Origin: a virus
IMG/VR virus record: IMGVR_UViG_3300023116_008583
Span: 26,192 to 90,191 of that record
DNA: 64,000 nt
Reading direction: 5' to 3' (one strand)
This document shows, piece after piece, positions 50,590 to 58,875 of this stretch. Within the stretch, counting starts at the first letter, position 1; the number at the start of each line of letters is the position of its first letter. The notes under the pieces are model-generated. The model saw nothing but the letters and a program-made list of their open reading frames with translations, made no database searches and was not told the origin of the DNA. Both the position numbers and the translations under genes were made by a program.

Positions 50590-51834
50590 CTACCTACAAA
50601 TCTCATCAAACATTGTTTGCAGTTGAGTGAAAACTGTATTGGGATCAGACGCAGCTGAGTGTAAATCACTTAAATTATTTACCAGCTGATCAAAAGTATT
50701 AAAGTGTTCTCTCAAAGAGAAAATATAGATCCCAAAACCACTATCTCTAATCGCATCAGCTGCATCAACCTCTGTGTTTGTTGGGTTGGCGTAGGATTGC
50801 CCAGCTTCATCAGTCATTAGAACAATAATCTTTTGAGAGCTTTCTGAGAAGTTAAATGAGATATCACCATTGCAAATACCGATCACCGCGTCGTAAGAAG
50901 GCTCCAATCCACCAGAGTTCGGCATATGAACAGTTTCTATTGTTTGTAGGTGACGCAAGAATTCATCTCTTGGGACAAGATCTGTGACTTTTAGCAAGTG
51001 TTTGTAGTTGCTGCCAGGATCACGTTCTGGCTCTCTCATTCCAATCACTACAAGCCCAAATTTAAAACCACTTGTGATGGGATCTGATAAGAGAGGTGTG
51101 ATTCCGCCGATCATTGATCTAATCTCATCGCTGAATGACCCTGACACATCCACAACAAAAACTATTTCCGCCGGCTTTTCTTCAAATCCTTCATCAATTT
51201 GTCCGTCGCAGTTATTGTCAATTCCGTCACATCTTTCTTCTTCTGGAAGAACTTGGCCTTCACAGTGAGACATAACAGCGTCTGTGCAGTATGAGATACC
51301 AGCTCTGCAGATTCCAACTCTCATTGTGCCAGGAGGTCCATCATAGCAAACTACTGCTGTTTGATTAACAATGTGCTCATCAATTTCTCCGCTACAGTTG
51401 TTATCAATACCATCGCACACTTCTTCTGCAGGCCCAACGTGTCCCTCGCAAGATAGCACCCCTTCATTACACTCATAAACTCCGGGCTGACAAATTCCTT
51501 CGCTATAATTCACACCCTCAACAAATCCACAAAGCTGGTTTTTCTCTGGGTAGTTGTCATCAACTATGCCATTGCAATCGTTGTCGATTCCATCACAAAC
51601 TTCTTCTTCTGGTCCTTGCGCTCCAATGCATTCACCCCAGCCATTAAAAGTGCAGTGTTGCTGCCCGTATGAGCAAATACCATTTCTTACTAGGCTAGAT
51701 AGATTCTCAATAATTTGACCATTCTCATCGCAGACTCTTACTTCGCCCGGAGAGCATTCCAGTGAAACAAGCGTGTCGTCATCAGGACATCCAGCAAGTA
51801 TTAACACTGATAATCCAAGAAGGTACCTGCTCAT
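50590..51834 (-). CDS. lipoprotein with CDGIDNxC repeats and a VWA domain
   Basis: LAGC lipobox, three EExCDGIDNxCxGxxDE repeats, DVSGS MIDAS, TDE. Confidence 0.8.
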   Translation of the reverse strand: MSRYLLGLSVLILAGCPDDDTLVSLECSPGEVRVCDENGQIIENLSSLVRNGICSYGQQHCTFNGWGECIGAQGPEEEVCDGIDNDCNGIVDDNYPEKNQLCGFVEGVNYSEGICQPGVYECNEGVLSCEGHVGPAEEVCDGIDNNCSGEIDEHIVNQTAVVCYDGPPGTMRVGICRAGISYCTDAVMSHCEGQVLPEEERCDGIDNNCDGQIDEGFEEKPAEIVFVVDVSGSFSDEIRSMIGGITPLLSDPITSGFKFGLVVIGMREPERDPGSNYKHLLKVTDLVPRDEFLRHLQTIETVHMPNSGGLEPSYDAVIGICNGDISFNFSESSQKIIVLMTDEAGQSYANPTNTEVDAADAIRDSGFGIYIFSLREHFNTFDQLVNNLSDLHSAASDPNTVFTQLQTMFDEICR

Positions 51835-52292
51835 TTTGAGTACCTCTCAATACAAGTTTTCTGATCTTTGAAAATCAAAACAGTTAGAACGCTGCTGCTA
51901 AAAAGCTTAAATCTAATAGATTCAAATTGTCTATCAATGTCGTCATGACTAGCAGTAAGAACAACAGGTGCAGCTTTTCCTGTGCTGCCAGGAAAAGAAA
52001 AAGCAAGCAAGAGATCATTCTCAGTTGATTCTACTATGCCCTTTATGGAGCCCCTATTTTCTCGGTCAGGTAAACCAATGTGAATATTAGAAAAAGATCC
52101 ACGTTTTAGATAGACATCGTTTTCGAAATATACGTTCCATGCGCAGTTCTTATTTTGTCCTGGCATGTAGTATGTCTGCCCCCCGACGAAAACAGGGGTT
52201 TGTGATGCTGTTATAAGATAGTACGTTGCGCCCGCTGCAATAAGCAGCAAGAATAATATTGAAAATCTAGTTTTTTCTCCAGCTGTTGCCAT
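51831..52292 (-). CDS. membrane-anchored hypothetical protein
   Basis: N-terminal TM; overlaps neighbours as an operon. Confidence 0.55.
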   Translation of the reverse strand: MATAGEKTRFSILFLLLIAAGATYYLITASQTPVFVGGQTYYMPGQNKNCAWNVYFENDVYLKRGSFSNIHIGLPDRENRGSIKGIVESTENDLLLAFSFPGSTGKAAPVVLTASHDDIDRQFESIRFKLFSSSVLTVLIFKDQKTCIERYSK

Positions 52293-52548
52293 CTAGATTT
52301 CTTTGCCCTTCTATGGTGACAAAAGGCATCTTCATCACATTATTAAATATTTGGTCATTCTCATTAATAGAAGCATTTTCTATAATGTGGATCTGCTTTT
52401 TTTCTTTGGACTTCTCGCCTGTGTACTGCCAAGTAGCTCCATTTTTGGTCCATACTTGTGTCTCTGAGATGTTTTCTTCTTTGTTCAAAATCATTAGAGA
52501 GATAGAGATAGCGACCACTGCCACTACAGAATTCTTAAAGAGTTTCAT
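52267..52548 (-). CDS. membrane-anchored hypothetical protein
   Basis: GGAGT RBS before MKLFKNSVVAVVAI. Confidence 0.5.
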   Translation of the reverse strand: MKLFKNSVVAVVAISISLMILNKEENISETQVWTKNGATWQYTGEKSKEKKQIHIIENASINENDQIFNNVMKMPFVTIEGQRNLDGNSWRKN

Positions 52549-52605
52549 TGAAATTACTCCGCACAAAGCTCGTCTAATATTTTTGGTCGATACGAGCGAT
52601 CGTAC

Positions 52606-52612
52606 ATATTTA
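52606..52612 (+). promoter_or_regulatory. putative late-promoter motif ATATTTA, leaderless
   Basis: 5 nt before ATG 52618; no RBS. Confidence 0.5.
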
Positions 52613-52617
52613 GTAAT

Positions 52618-53421
52618 ATGCAAAAAAGCAATAAAAAAATGTGGTTTATTTTTCTTCTTCCTCTGCTGCTGGGTACTGCAAGCTGCAATGTAAGCCCGTA
52701 TAGAATTGATATGCCTACGGAAGCATTTGGGATGCTGCGTCACCACATGATGCTGTCTATTTGCAGTAGTAAAAAGAAAGGCTGCTCAGGAAAGATAACG
52801 ACTTCTTCGTCCTCCGGCGCATTCTTTGCAAAAAGCAAAAAAGATCCTGACTATAGCTTTTATCTTACAGCAGGACACTCTTGCGCTGAACCAACATTTC
52901 CTAAGTTTTCTGACGGATCTTACATCAAATATATGGGATCTAATCTTGAAGTTGTAAATGAAAAGCTTGAGAGAATGCCAGCAACAATTGTAAAGATAGA
53001 TAAGCCAAATGATCTTTGCGTTTTAAAAGTAAGAACGTCACACGTTAAACACATCAGCTACTTGGACATCGCATCTGATCCATCTAAGCGGGGCGAAAGA
53101 GTTTATAATATGGCAGCTCCTTACGGATACTTTGGCAGAGATACGATTCTTTTATACGAAGGTTTTTACGTCGGCCGCCCAAGTCAGCATGAGTCTGTTT
53201 TTACGATACCTACACGTCCAGGATCATCAGGATCTCCAATACTAAACGCTTCTATGGAGATTGTCGGAGTTGTTTACGCAGGTGTTGAGAAACTTGAAGC
53301 AATGTCGATTGCTTCTCCGCTTGATGCAATACAAGAAATAGTTGGATCCGTAATCGGAGAAGATAGAGATGTTGCTAAATTCTGCCTTTTGGGTTACTGC
53401 TTTTCGGCGTATATGCGATGA
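52618..53421 (+). CDS. trypsin-like serine protease, lipoprotein
   Basis: TASC, LTAGH, DLC, PGSSGSP. Confidence 0.85.
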   Translation: MQKSNKKMWFIFLLPLLLGTASCNVSPYRIDMPTEAFGMLRHHMMLSICSSKKKGCSGKITTSSSSGAFFAKSKKDPDYSFYLTAGHSCAEPTFPKFSDGSYIKYMGSNLEVVNEKLERMPATIVKIDKPNDLCVLKVRTSHVKHISYLDIASDPSKRGERVYNMAAPYGYFGRDTILLYEGFYVGRPSQHESVFTIPTRPGSSGSPILNASMEIVGVVYAGVEKLEAMSIASPLDAIQEIVGSVIGEDRDVAKFCLLGYCFSAYMR

Positions 53422-53729
53422 GTATCTTTGGCAGGTTAAAACATAAAATTGATGCTTGGAGATGGGATCACCTCAAGACCCTTTGGTCTCGATACGGAAT
53501 TCCTTTTCTTGTCATATTCATAGCATGGGAAATTATTGAGGACGTTGTGTTTCCTGTAATTTTTTATCTGCTAGGTACACATGTAAATGAAGCATTCTAT
53601 CTAGGTATTCCCGTAGCCTGGATCTTGTGTTTGCATCCGATTGCTGTTCCCATAATATGGGCAATTTATTGTTTCGCAATTAGGAAAAAGCACGTTAAAA
53701 TAGATTTAGATGAGGACGACTGCTGTTGA
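53418..53729 (+). CDS. membrane protein
   Basis: Hydrophobic segments; WEIIED. Confidence 0.6.
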   Translation: MSIFGRLKHKIDAWRWDHLKTLWSRYGIPFLVIFIAWEIIEDVVFPVIFYLLGTHVNEAFYLGIPVAWILCLHPIAVPIIWAIYCFAIRKKHVKIDLDEDDCC

Positions 53730-54334
53730 GAAAGTACGTTTTTTTACTCGCGCTTTTGAGTTCATGTAACGCTGCGCATCAAATAGAAGATGCGGACAGT
53801 GAAGCTGTTTTTACTGAGGAGCTTATAACCTACTCACATCCAAGCGAAGAAGATGTAGAGATACTTCACTTTCACGCTTCTTCAGTTTTGGGTCACTTGA
53901 ATTCTGAGCAATTAACAAACGTAAGCATTATTTTAGAAGTGGCTGAGCAGCAAAAATTTGATAAGCGCTTGATGTTAACTGTCGCCTTTAAGGAATCTTC
54001 TTTTTACGCAAACCTGACTTCAAATACAGGTGATTACGGATTGTTTCAAATTAATGCTAGATGGTGGTATAAGTTTTTAGGGTACGCAACAAAGAAAGAT
54101 TTCGTAAAGCATAATATGGATCCTAGAGTTAGCGCTGAAAACGCTGTTAAAGTTATAAAAGAGCTAACACGCTACAAGACGTGCAAGGGAGATGATATCT
54201 TCGCATGTTATAACGGTGGTCCGGGTTGGCGTAAATCCAAAAACAGGGCAGTCATAGAAAGATATAAGCGATCATCTCTCAGAATTAGACGTCTCGTTAC
54301 TGAGAAGTACGATGAATGGATATCTCGAAAGTGA
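53726..54334 (+). CDS. lytic transglycosylase (SLT), lipoprotein
   Basis: LSSC lipobox, KESS, GLFQIN, YNGG. Confidence 0.85.
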   Translation: MRKYVFLLALLSSCNAAHQIEDADSEAVFTEELITYSHPSEEDVEILHFHASSVLGHLNSEQLTNVSIILEVAEQQKFDKRLMLTVAFKESSFYANLTSNTGDYGLFQINARWWYKFLGYATKKDFVKHNMDPRVSAENAVKVIKELTRYKTCKGDDIFACYNGGPGWRKSKNRAVIERYKRSSLRIRRLVTEKYDEWISRK

Positions 54335-54578
54335 TCCAAAGTTTAATATCGGTGACTTAGTTGTCATCGACAAGAAACTCTACAAGTCTCTCACATCTAA
54401 AAATTTTCCAGCGGGCGTTCCAGTTTTTGCACTTGTGATTGCTCGCAGAGCTCACGTCGACGTCCAATCTCACGTCGTACCCGCATCAGGTAATCGATTC
54501 TTTGACTATAAGATCTTACTAAGTGGAGAAGTTTACTGGGTGTATGAAGATGAAATCAGTGAGATCGGCTTCTTGTAA
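54312..54578 (+). CDS. small KOW/SH3-like protein
   Basis: KFNIGDLVVI...YKIL...WVYEDEI. Confidence 0.55.
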   Translation: MNGYLESDPKFNIGDLVVIDKKLYKSLTSKNFPAGVPVFALVIARRAHVDVQSHVVPASGNRFFDYKILLSGEVYWVYEDEISEIGFL

Positions 54579-54632
54579 TACAAATCTTGATTTTAGTGTA
54601 TAAATAACCTGTCACAAAATGATAGGATATGC

Positions 54633-54794
54633 ATGTCTCCTCAAACTACTAACAATCTCCGACTGCTTGGCATCGGAATTATTTTATGTTCTTTTGTTGT
54701 TCCCGGCCCTCAAATAGATAGTCTTGCCAACATAGCAATGATCGGTCTTCTTGCTGATTGGGCTTATAGAATTATGACCGATACTAATAGATAA
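54633..54794 (+). CDS. small membrane protein (not in ORF track)
   Basis: 53-aa ORF after AGGA RBS with two hydrophobic stretches. Confidence 0.45.
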   Translation: MSPQTTNNLRLLGIGIILCSFVVPGPQIDSLANIAMIGLLADWAYRIMTDTNR

Positions 54795-54847
54795 ACAAAT
54801 TACTAGGCGCATATTATATAGAATGCTGTATAACGCTTAGGAGTCAA

Positions 54848-55147
54848 ATGAAAAACAAGAGCAAGTGGAAGAAATTTAAAGACGTTATTATGTTTGGTGA
54901 TCAAGAGATGACCGTCACAAAGTATCGATGCTTAAACGGGTGCGGGATGTTAACTACAAAAGAGCCTGACAGGACCAAGACTTGCCCATGCTGCGATGTT
55001 AATAACAGTAGGCGTAGAGAAGCTGAAGAAGCAACCTCAGCACGAGTCAAGGGCGGACTTCCAAAACGAAAAGGTGGAGATTTCAAAGAAGTTGACACTG
55101 AAGGAGGAACTCCTTATAATCCTCCCAGGGAAATGAAGAAAATGTGA
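54848..55147 (+). CDS. zinc-ribbon-like protein
   Basis: CLNGC...CPCC; AGGAG RBS. Confidence 0.55.
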   Translation: MKNKSKWKKFKDVIMFGDQEMTVTKYRCLNGCGMLTTKEPDRTKTCPCCDVNNSRRREAEEATSARVKGGLPKRKGGDFKEVDTEGGTPYNPPREMKKM

Positions 55148-55154
55148 GGTGTAA

Positions 55155-55517
55155 ATGGGCTTCAGAGTAATTAAAGAGTCAGGCAAGGAAGACAAGGTCA
55201 AGACTAACCAACTTAAACGTCAATTACGCAAATCATGTGATAAGATCGCGAAGACAATCACGGAAGAAGTAAAAAAGTTTCAGGAGATGGCCAAGAAGGA
55301 AAACCTGGAAGAATACTTTTGGATGCACGCAGCACATCGAGCCATGCTCTACATCGACTCCAAGAGCGAGGATAGCTTTCTAGCTGCAGAGATCGGTGAC
55401 CTGTTTGCCAAGAGCGACTTTGAAGGCATGGATAGGTACAACACGCACATCGACATCGATCGCTTAGATAAGGCGAAAGAGAAAGAATATCTTAGACAGT
55501 TAAAGAAGGATAAATGA
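55155..55517 (+). CDS. hypothetical protein
   Basis: GAGGT RBS. Confidence 0.6.
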   Translation: MGFRVIKESGKEDKVKTNQLKRQLRKSCDKIAKTITEEVKKFQEMAKKENLEEYFWMHAAHRAMLYIDSKSEDSFLAAEIGDLFAKSDFEGMDRYNTHIDIDRLDKAKEKEYLRQLKKDK

Positions 55518-55729
55518 AAACCAAGAAGCCTCCAGTTTCGGGTGACCTAGTAGAAGTGTTGATCTCTGATAGAAATCTTGTCACGGGTGAGCTTGAGCAT
55601 ACCTGGAAGTCAGGGGTTCTTCTTGAAGTTTCTACAGCTATTGAATTTAATTCTCTGCTCTGGGTTGAAGTACTTGTTGGCGGAGAAAAAATAATAACAA
55701 CACCTGATAAAATCGAACTAGTTTCATGA
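55514..55729 (+). CDS. small KOW/SH3-like protein
   Basis: SGDLVEV...GVLLEV. Confidence 0.5.
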   Translation: MKTKKPPVSGDLVEVLISDRNLVTGELEHTWKSGVLLEVSTAIEFNSLLWVEVLVGGEKIITTPDKIELVS

Positions 55730-55740
55730 AAGGAATAGAA

Positions 55741-55968
55741 ATGGAAAATCAGTTTGAAGATGCAGTAAAAGAGTTTATGACTCGCTTGACCACAATTGAG
55801 TCCGAGATGGACACCCTCCGAGAAGACCGCAAGGAACTAATCGATGAGTTTAAGACAAGGCTTGACACTAAGGCTTTCAAGGCAGCTCTGAGCATCTACA
55901 AGATTCGTTTGAAAAATGTTGATTCTACAAATACGATCGAGCAGATGCTTGATATATTAGAGGCGTGA
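55741..55968 (+). CDS. GapR/DUF2312-like DNA-binding protein
   Basis: F..RL..IE.E...L.EDRKEL..E.K...DTK pattern. Confidence 0.6.
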   Translation: MENQFEDAVKEFMTRLTTIESEMDTLREDRKELIDEFKTRLDTKAFKAALSIYKIRLKNVDSTNTIEQMLDILEA

Positions 55969-56174
55969 TGCTAAAGCCTGGTGATCTGGCGTGGATCCAA
56001 GACGAGGAACTGCCGAAGGATTACGGGTTTATAGGTGTGGTGCTGGAGATGCCTAGGTGGCGAGAGGATGACTATGAGCACATGTGCTATAAGCTTCTCT
56101 CAGATGGCGAGATTTACTATGTTGAACCGGAGTTAGTAACCCCTTATGAAGAAGTACGACAAGCTAGTTCGTGA
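55965..56174 (+). CDS. small KOW/SH3-like protein
   Basis: LKPGDLAWI...GVVLE...YKLL. Confidence 0.55.
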   Translation: MMLKPGDLAWIQDEELPKDYGFIGVVLEMPRWREDDYEHMCYKLLSDGEIYYVEPELVTPYEEVRQASS

Positions 56175-56457
56175 TAAGATTCCAACGATCATCAGAGAGT
56201 CTGGTAGCTCTTGCAAGACTAGGACTATCAAGTCTGACGAAATTGAGACTTATTATCGCAGAAAAATTCAGGAAGAGCTAGACGAGCTTTTTGAGAATCC
56301 TTGCGCAGAAGAAATGGCTGACTTGATGGAGGTTGTTGACTCCCTGCGGAATGTGCTTGACCTAAGGATCGAGAAAGTGATTGACGTCAAGTGTGCCAAG
56401 AGAAATGAGCGAGGCACCTTCAAGAACGGCACTATCTTAATTCACGTAGAAGAGTAA
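56146..56457 (+). CDS. MazG-like / PRA-PH nucleotide pyrophosphohydrolase
   Basis: YDKLVRDKIP, EELDE, EEMADLMEV, KRNERG. Confidence 0.85.
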   Translation: MKKYDKLVRDKIPTIIRESGSSCKTRTIKSDEIETYYRRKIQEELDELFENPCAEEMADLMEVVDSLRNVLDLRIEKVIDVKCAKRNERGTFKNGTILIHVEE

Positions 56458-56505
56458 TATCTCTTCCTGGGCGCATAAATATATTGTAGGCCTAGGAGCT
56501 TTATA

Positions 56506-57936
56506 ATGAGATTGCATCTCGACGGTGATCTACCTAAAATCGAAGAAAAGAAAGATCTGGTCGAAATATTCGTCAACCACTGTTGTGAAAAACTGGGTAT
56601 TGACAACGGCTATGATGTGCACATCGTAGATGATAGAGATGCGCACGACATAAGAACAACAGCGTATTATGATCCGAATAATGAGATCATAAAAGTCTAC
56701 GGTAAAAATAGAGCCCTTCCCGATGTGCTCAGATCCATCGCTCATGAGCTCGTTCATGCCAAGCAGCACGTCAAGGGTGAGTTTGATGAGCATCCGATGC
56801 AGGATGTTGGCGGTTACTTGGAAGATGATGCAAATGCTCGTGCAGGCTCTCTGCTTAAAGGCTTCTCTCTAAACAGGGAGAAAGACGATGTGTATGAAGT
56901 CCGTCGCTTATTTGAGAATTTGATCATCGAGTCTGTGATGCTTGAAGTCGCAGACGGTCAAAAATCTTTAAGCGAAATCAAAGAGCTTACACGTCAGGCA
57001 GTTAATGAAGCACTCACTGCAGGTGCTATTAGAGCCATCGAAAGTCTTAAGCTTGCCAATTTCGGTAAAGTATCTCAGGCAGATATAGAAAAAGGCGTTG
57101 CAGTTCACATGCCAGTAATTGGCGCTCTTCAGCAAGGTTTAAAGGACATGGGATTTAACCCAGGAAGAGTTGATGGCATCTTTGATGCGTCAACTGAAGC
57201 TGCGCTGAAAGAATTCCAGAAAAAGAAGAACGTACATCAGACAGGCACCACGACCCAAGAAACTTGGGAAGCATTTTTAAAGGCGAATGAGCAGGGTGAA
57301 ATTAAATCATCTGTCGCTGCTAAGCCTCTGAAGAGCCCTAAAAAGAAATCAGGTGTCGCAAGAGGGACTGTAAATCAAGATGCTGCCAAGCGTGCCCAAG
57401 ATCTCTCAAAAGAGACAGGTATTCCGGCTGAAGTTATTTACGCGATTGAGATGAGAGAGTCCTTCGGTAATCCAAACTCTTTCGCTTACAATGCGCACAT
57501 CTCTCGAAATCCTAAGTACAGTGCGATATCTGGGCACACGCTTTCATCTTCTGCTCGCCGCAAGCTTCCTTCTGGCAGGTCTTACTATGGCAGTGATGCG
57601 AAGAAGCAGTTTAACAGAGCTTACAAAGTTGATCCAGTCGCGGCGATCGCAGGAGGCGCGTGGGGTTTGTACCAGGTGCTTGGAGCTTTCTCACTCTTGG
57701 ATTACGACGGCGACCCAAAGAAATTCTTGGCTGTTTGGAATTCAAATCCAGAAGAACACTCTAAAACAGCGTTTAAGCGCTGGGTCGCTAGAAATCCTGA
57801 CGCAGTCGAAGAAATGAAATCTGGCAACACCGCGAAGTGGGTTAAGAGATACTACGGCGCTGCAAGTTCAGATTACATTAATCACGTCACAAAGAACATG
57901 GAAAGATACAACAGGGCGTATCGAGCAACATCATGA
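56506..57936 (+). CDS. zincin-like domain + peptidoglycan-binding domain + muramidase-like domain
   Basis: AHELVH; LQ..L...GF.PG.VDG.F...T..A...FQ; E.RES...WGLYQVLG. Confidence 0.75.
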   Translation: MRLHLDGDLPKIEEKKDLVEIFVNHCCEKLGIDNGYDVHIVDDRDAHDIRTTAYYDPNNEIIKVYGKNRALPDVLRSIAHELVHAKQHVKGEFDEHPMQDVGGYLEDDANARAGSLLKGFSLNREKDDVYEVRRLFENLIIESVMLEVADGQKSLSEIKELTRQAVNEALTAGAIRAIESLKLANFGKVSQADIEKGVAVHMPVIGALQQGLKDMGFNPGRVDGIFDASTEAALKEFQKKKNVHQTGTTTQETWEAFLKANEQGEIKSSVAAKPLKSPKKKSGVARGTVNQDAAKRAQDLSKETGIPAEVIYAIEMRESFGNPNSFAYNAHISRNPKYSAISGHTLSSSARRKLPSGRSYYGSDAKKQFNRAYKVDPVAAIAGGAWGLYQVLGAFSLLDYDGDPKKFLAVWNSNPEEHSKTAFKRWVARNPDAVEEMKSGNTAKWVKRYYGAASSDYINHVTKNMERYNRAYRATS

Positions 57937-58397
57937 ACATCGAGCAAGAGAACAAGCTCCGCGAACTGATAAGAGAAACGCTGTCTATCTACGGGACTCG
58001 TCGATTTGCGAATACACTCGGCGGATTTGGAAGGATGTTCAAACTTGGTGTAGATTATAAGAACGCCAATACAAATATCCCACAAGTCCGCGTGGGATCT
58101 GTGGCAAGGTATCCTGAGATACCTGTTAAGGTTCTGATCATGTCCAACTGGGACGGTCAAGAGCTTTATAATGAGCTGTTTAAAACAGGCTTTTTCAGCG
58201 ATCGAGTTAACGTACAGCCAGATAGATACATTGCCAAGAACGGCGACTTGCTTGTGTACGGTCACGCTGTGTCAGGTGATGGAGTCAAGGTTGAGGTTCC
58301 TTACTTGGTTAAGACTGAAGTTGAGAAAGCAGTGTCACGCCTCGCAAGTAAAAATCCCGATGCTGAGTATAAAGTAAGAGCGGAGTTAGTGAATTGA
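57933..58397 (+). CDS. hypothetical protein with N-terminal helical tag
   Basis: ENKLRELIRETL. Confidence 0.6.
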   Translation: MNIEQENKLRELIRETLSIYGTRRFANTLGGFGRMFKLGVDYKNANTNIPQVRVGSVARYPEIPVKVLIMSNWDGQELYNELFKTGFFSDRVNVQPDRYIAKNGDLLVYGHAVSGDGVKVEVPYLVKTEVEKAVSRLASKNPDAEYKVRAELVN

Positions 58398-58684
58398 TCA
58401 ACACAATTCTCACTTGCTTCTACATCTGTGCTCAAGCTCTAGCGATCTTGCTTTTTATCCATCAAGTCAGAGCCGTCGCTAAATCTGTGACAGCAGATGC
58501 GATCTCTGTTCCTGCTTATTGCGTTTTCACAATGAGTGCTTTTGCATCAGTCCTGTACACGCTCATCGTCGTTCATGATCTCGTGCTAACAGCAGTTGTC
58601 ACATCTTATTTTATCGGCAACATGATCATCTTGTATCTTGCCTACTTTAAGCAGAAAAAAATCCAGAGGCAAGAAAATGATTAA
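58394..58684 (+). CDS. SemiSWEET/PQ-loop-like three-TM protein
   Basis: Three TMs, HQ in place of PQ, ADAIS motif. Confidence 0.5.
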   Translation: MINTILTCFYICAQALAILLFIHQVRAVAKSVTADAISVPAYCVFTMSAFASVLYTLIVVHDLVLTAVVTSYFIGNMIILYLAYFKQKKIQRQEND

Positions 58685-58875
58685 TCATGAAGACATAACA
58701 CTTTACTTCATTTCGGCAGCCTTAACTTTCATGCTTGTTTCGATTGTTTATTGCGGGTAAAAAATGAAGAAATTTATCACACCTGAGATTGAACACATGA
58801 TTCGTTTAGAAGTAGAATCAAAACTGCGCAAACTATTACCTCCAATAGTCAGACCGCTTGTTAGGAAAATTCTAA

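Noticed and set aside
51190-51610. Three spaced similar DNA segments resembling a CRISPR or repeat array
   Set aside because: Degenerate codon-level copies of the CDGIDNxC protein repeat inside one ORF
52286-52693. + strand 135-aa ORF
   Set aside because: Antisense to an RBS-supported minus-strand gene (52267-52548) and spans the divergent promoter gap
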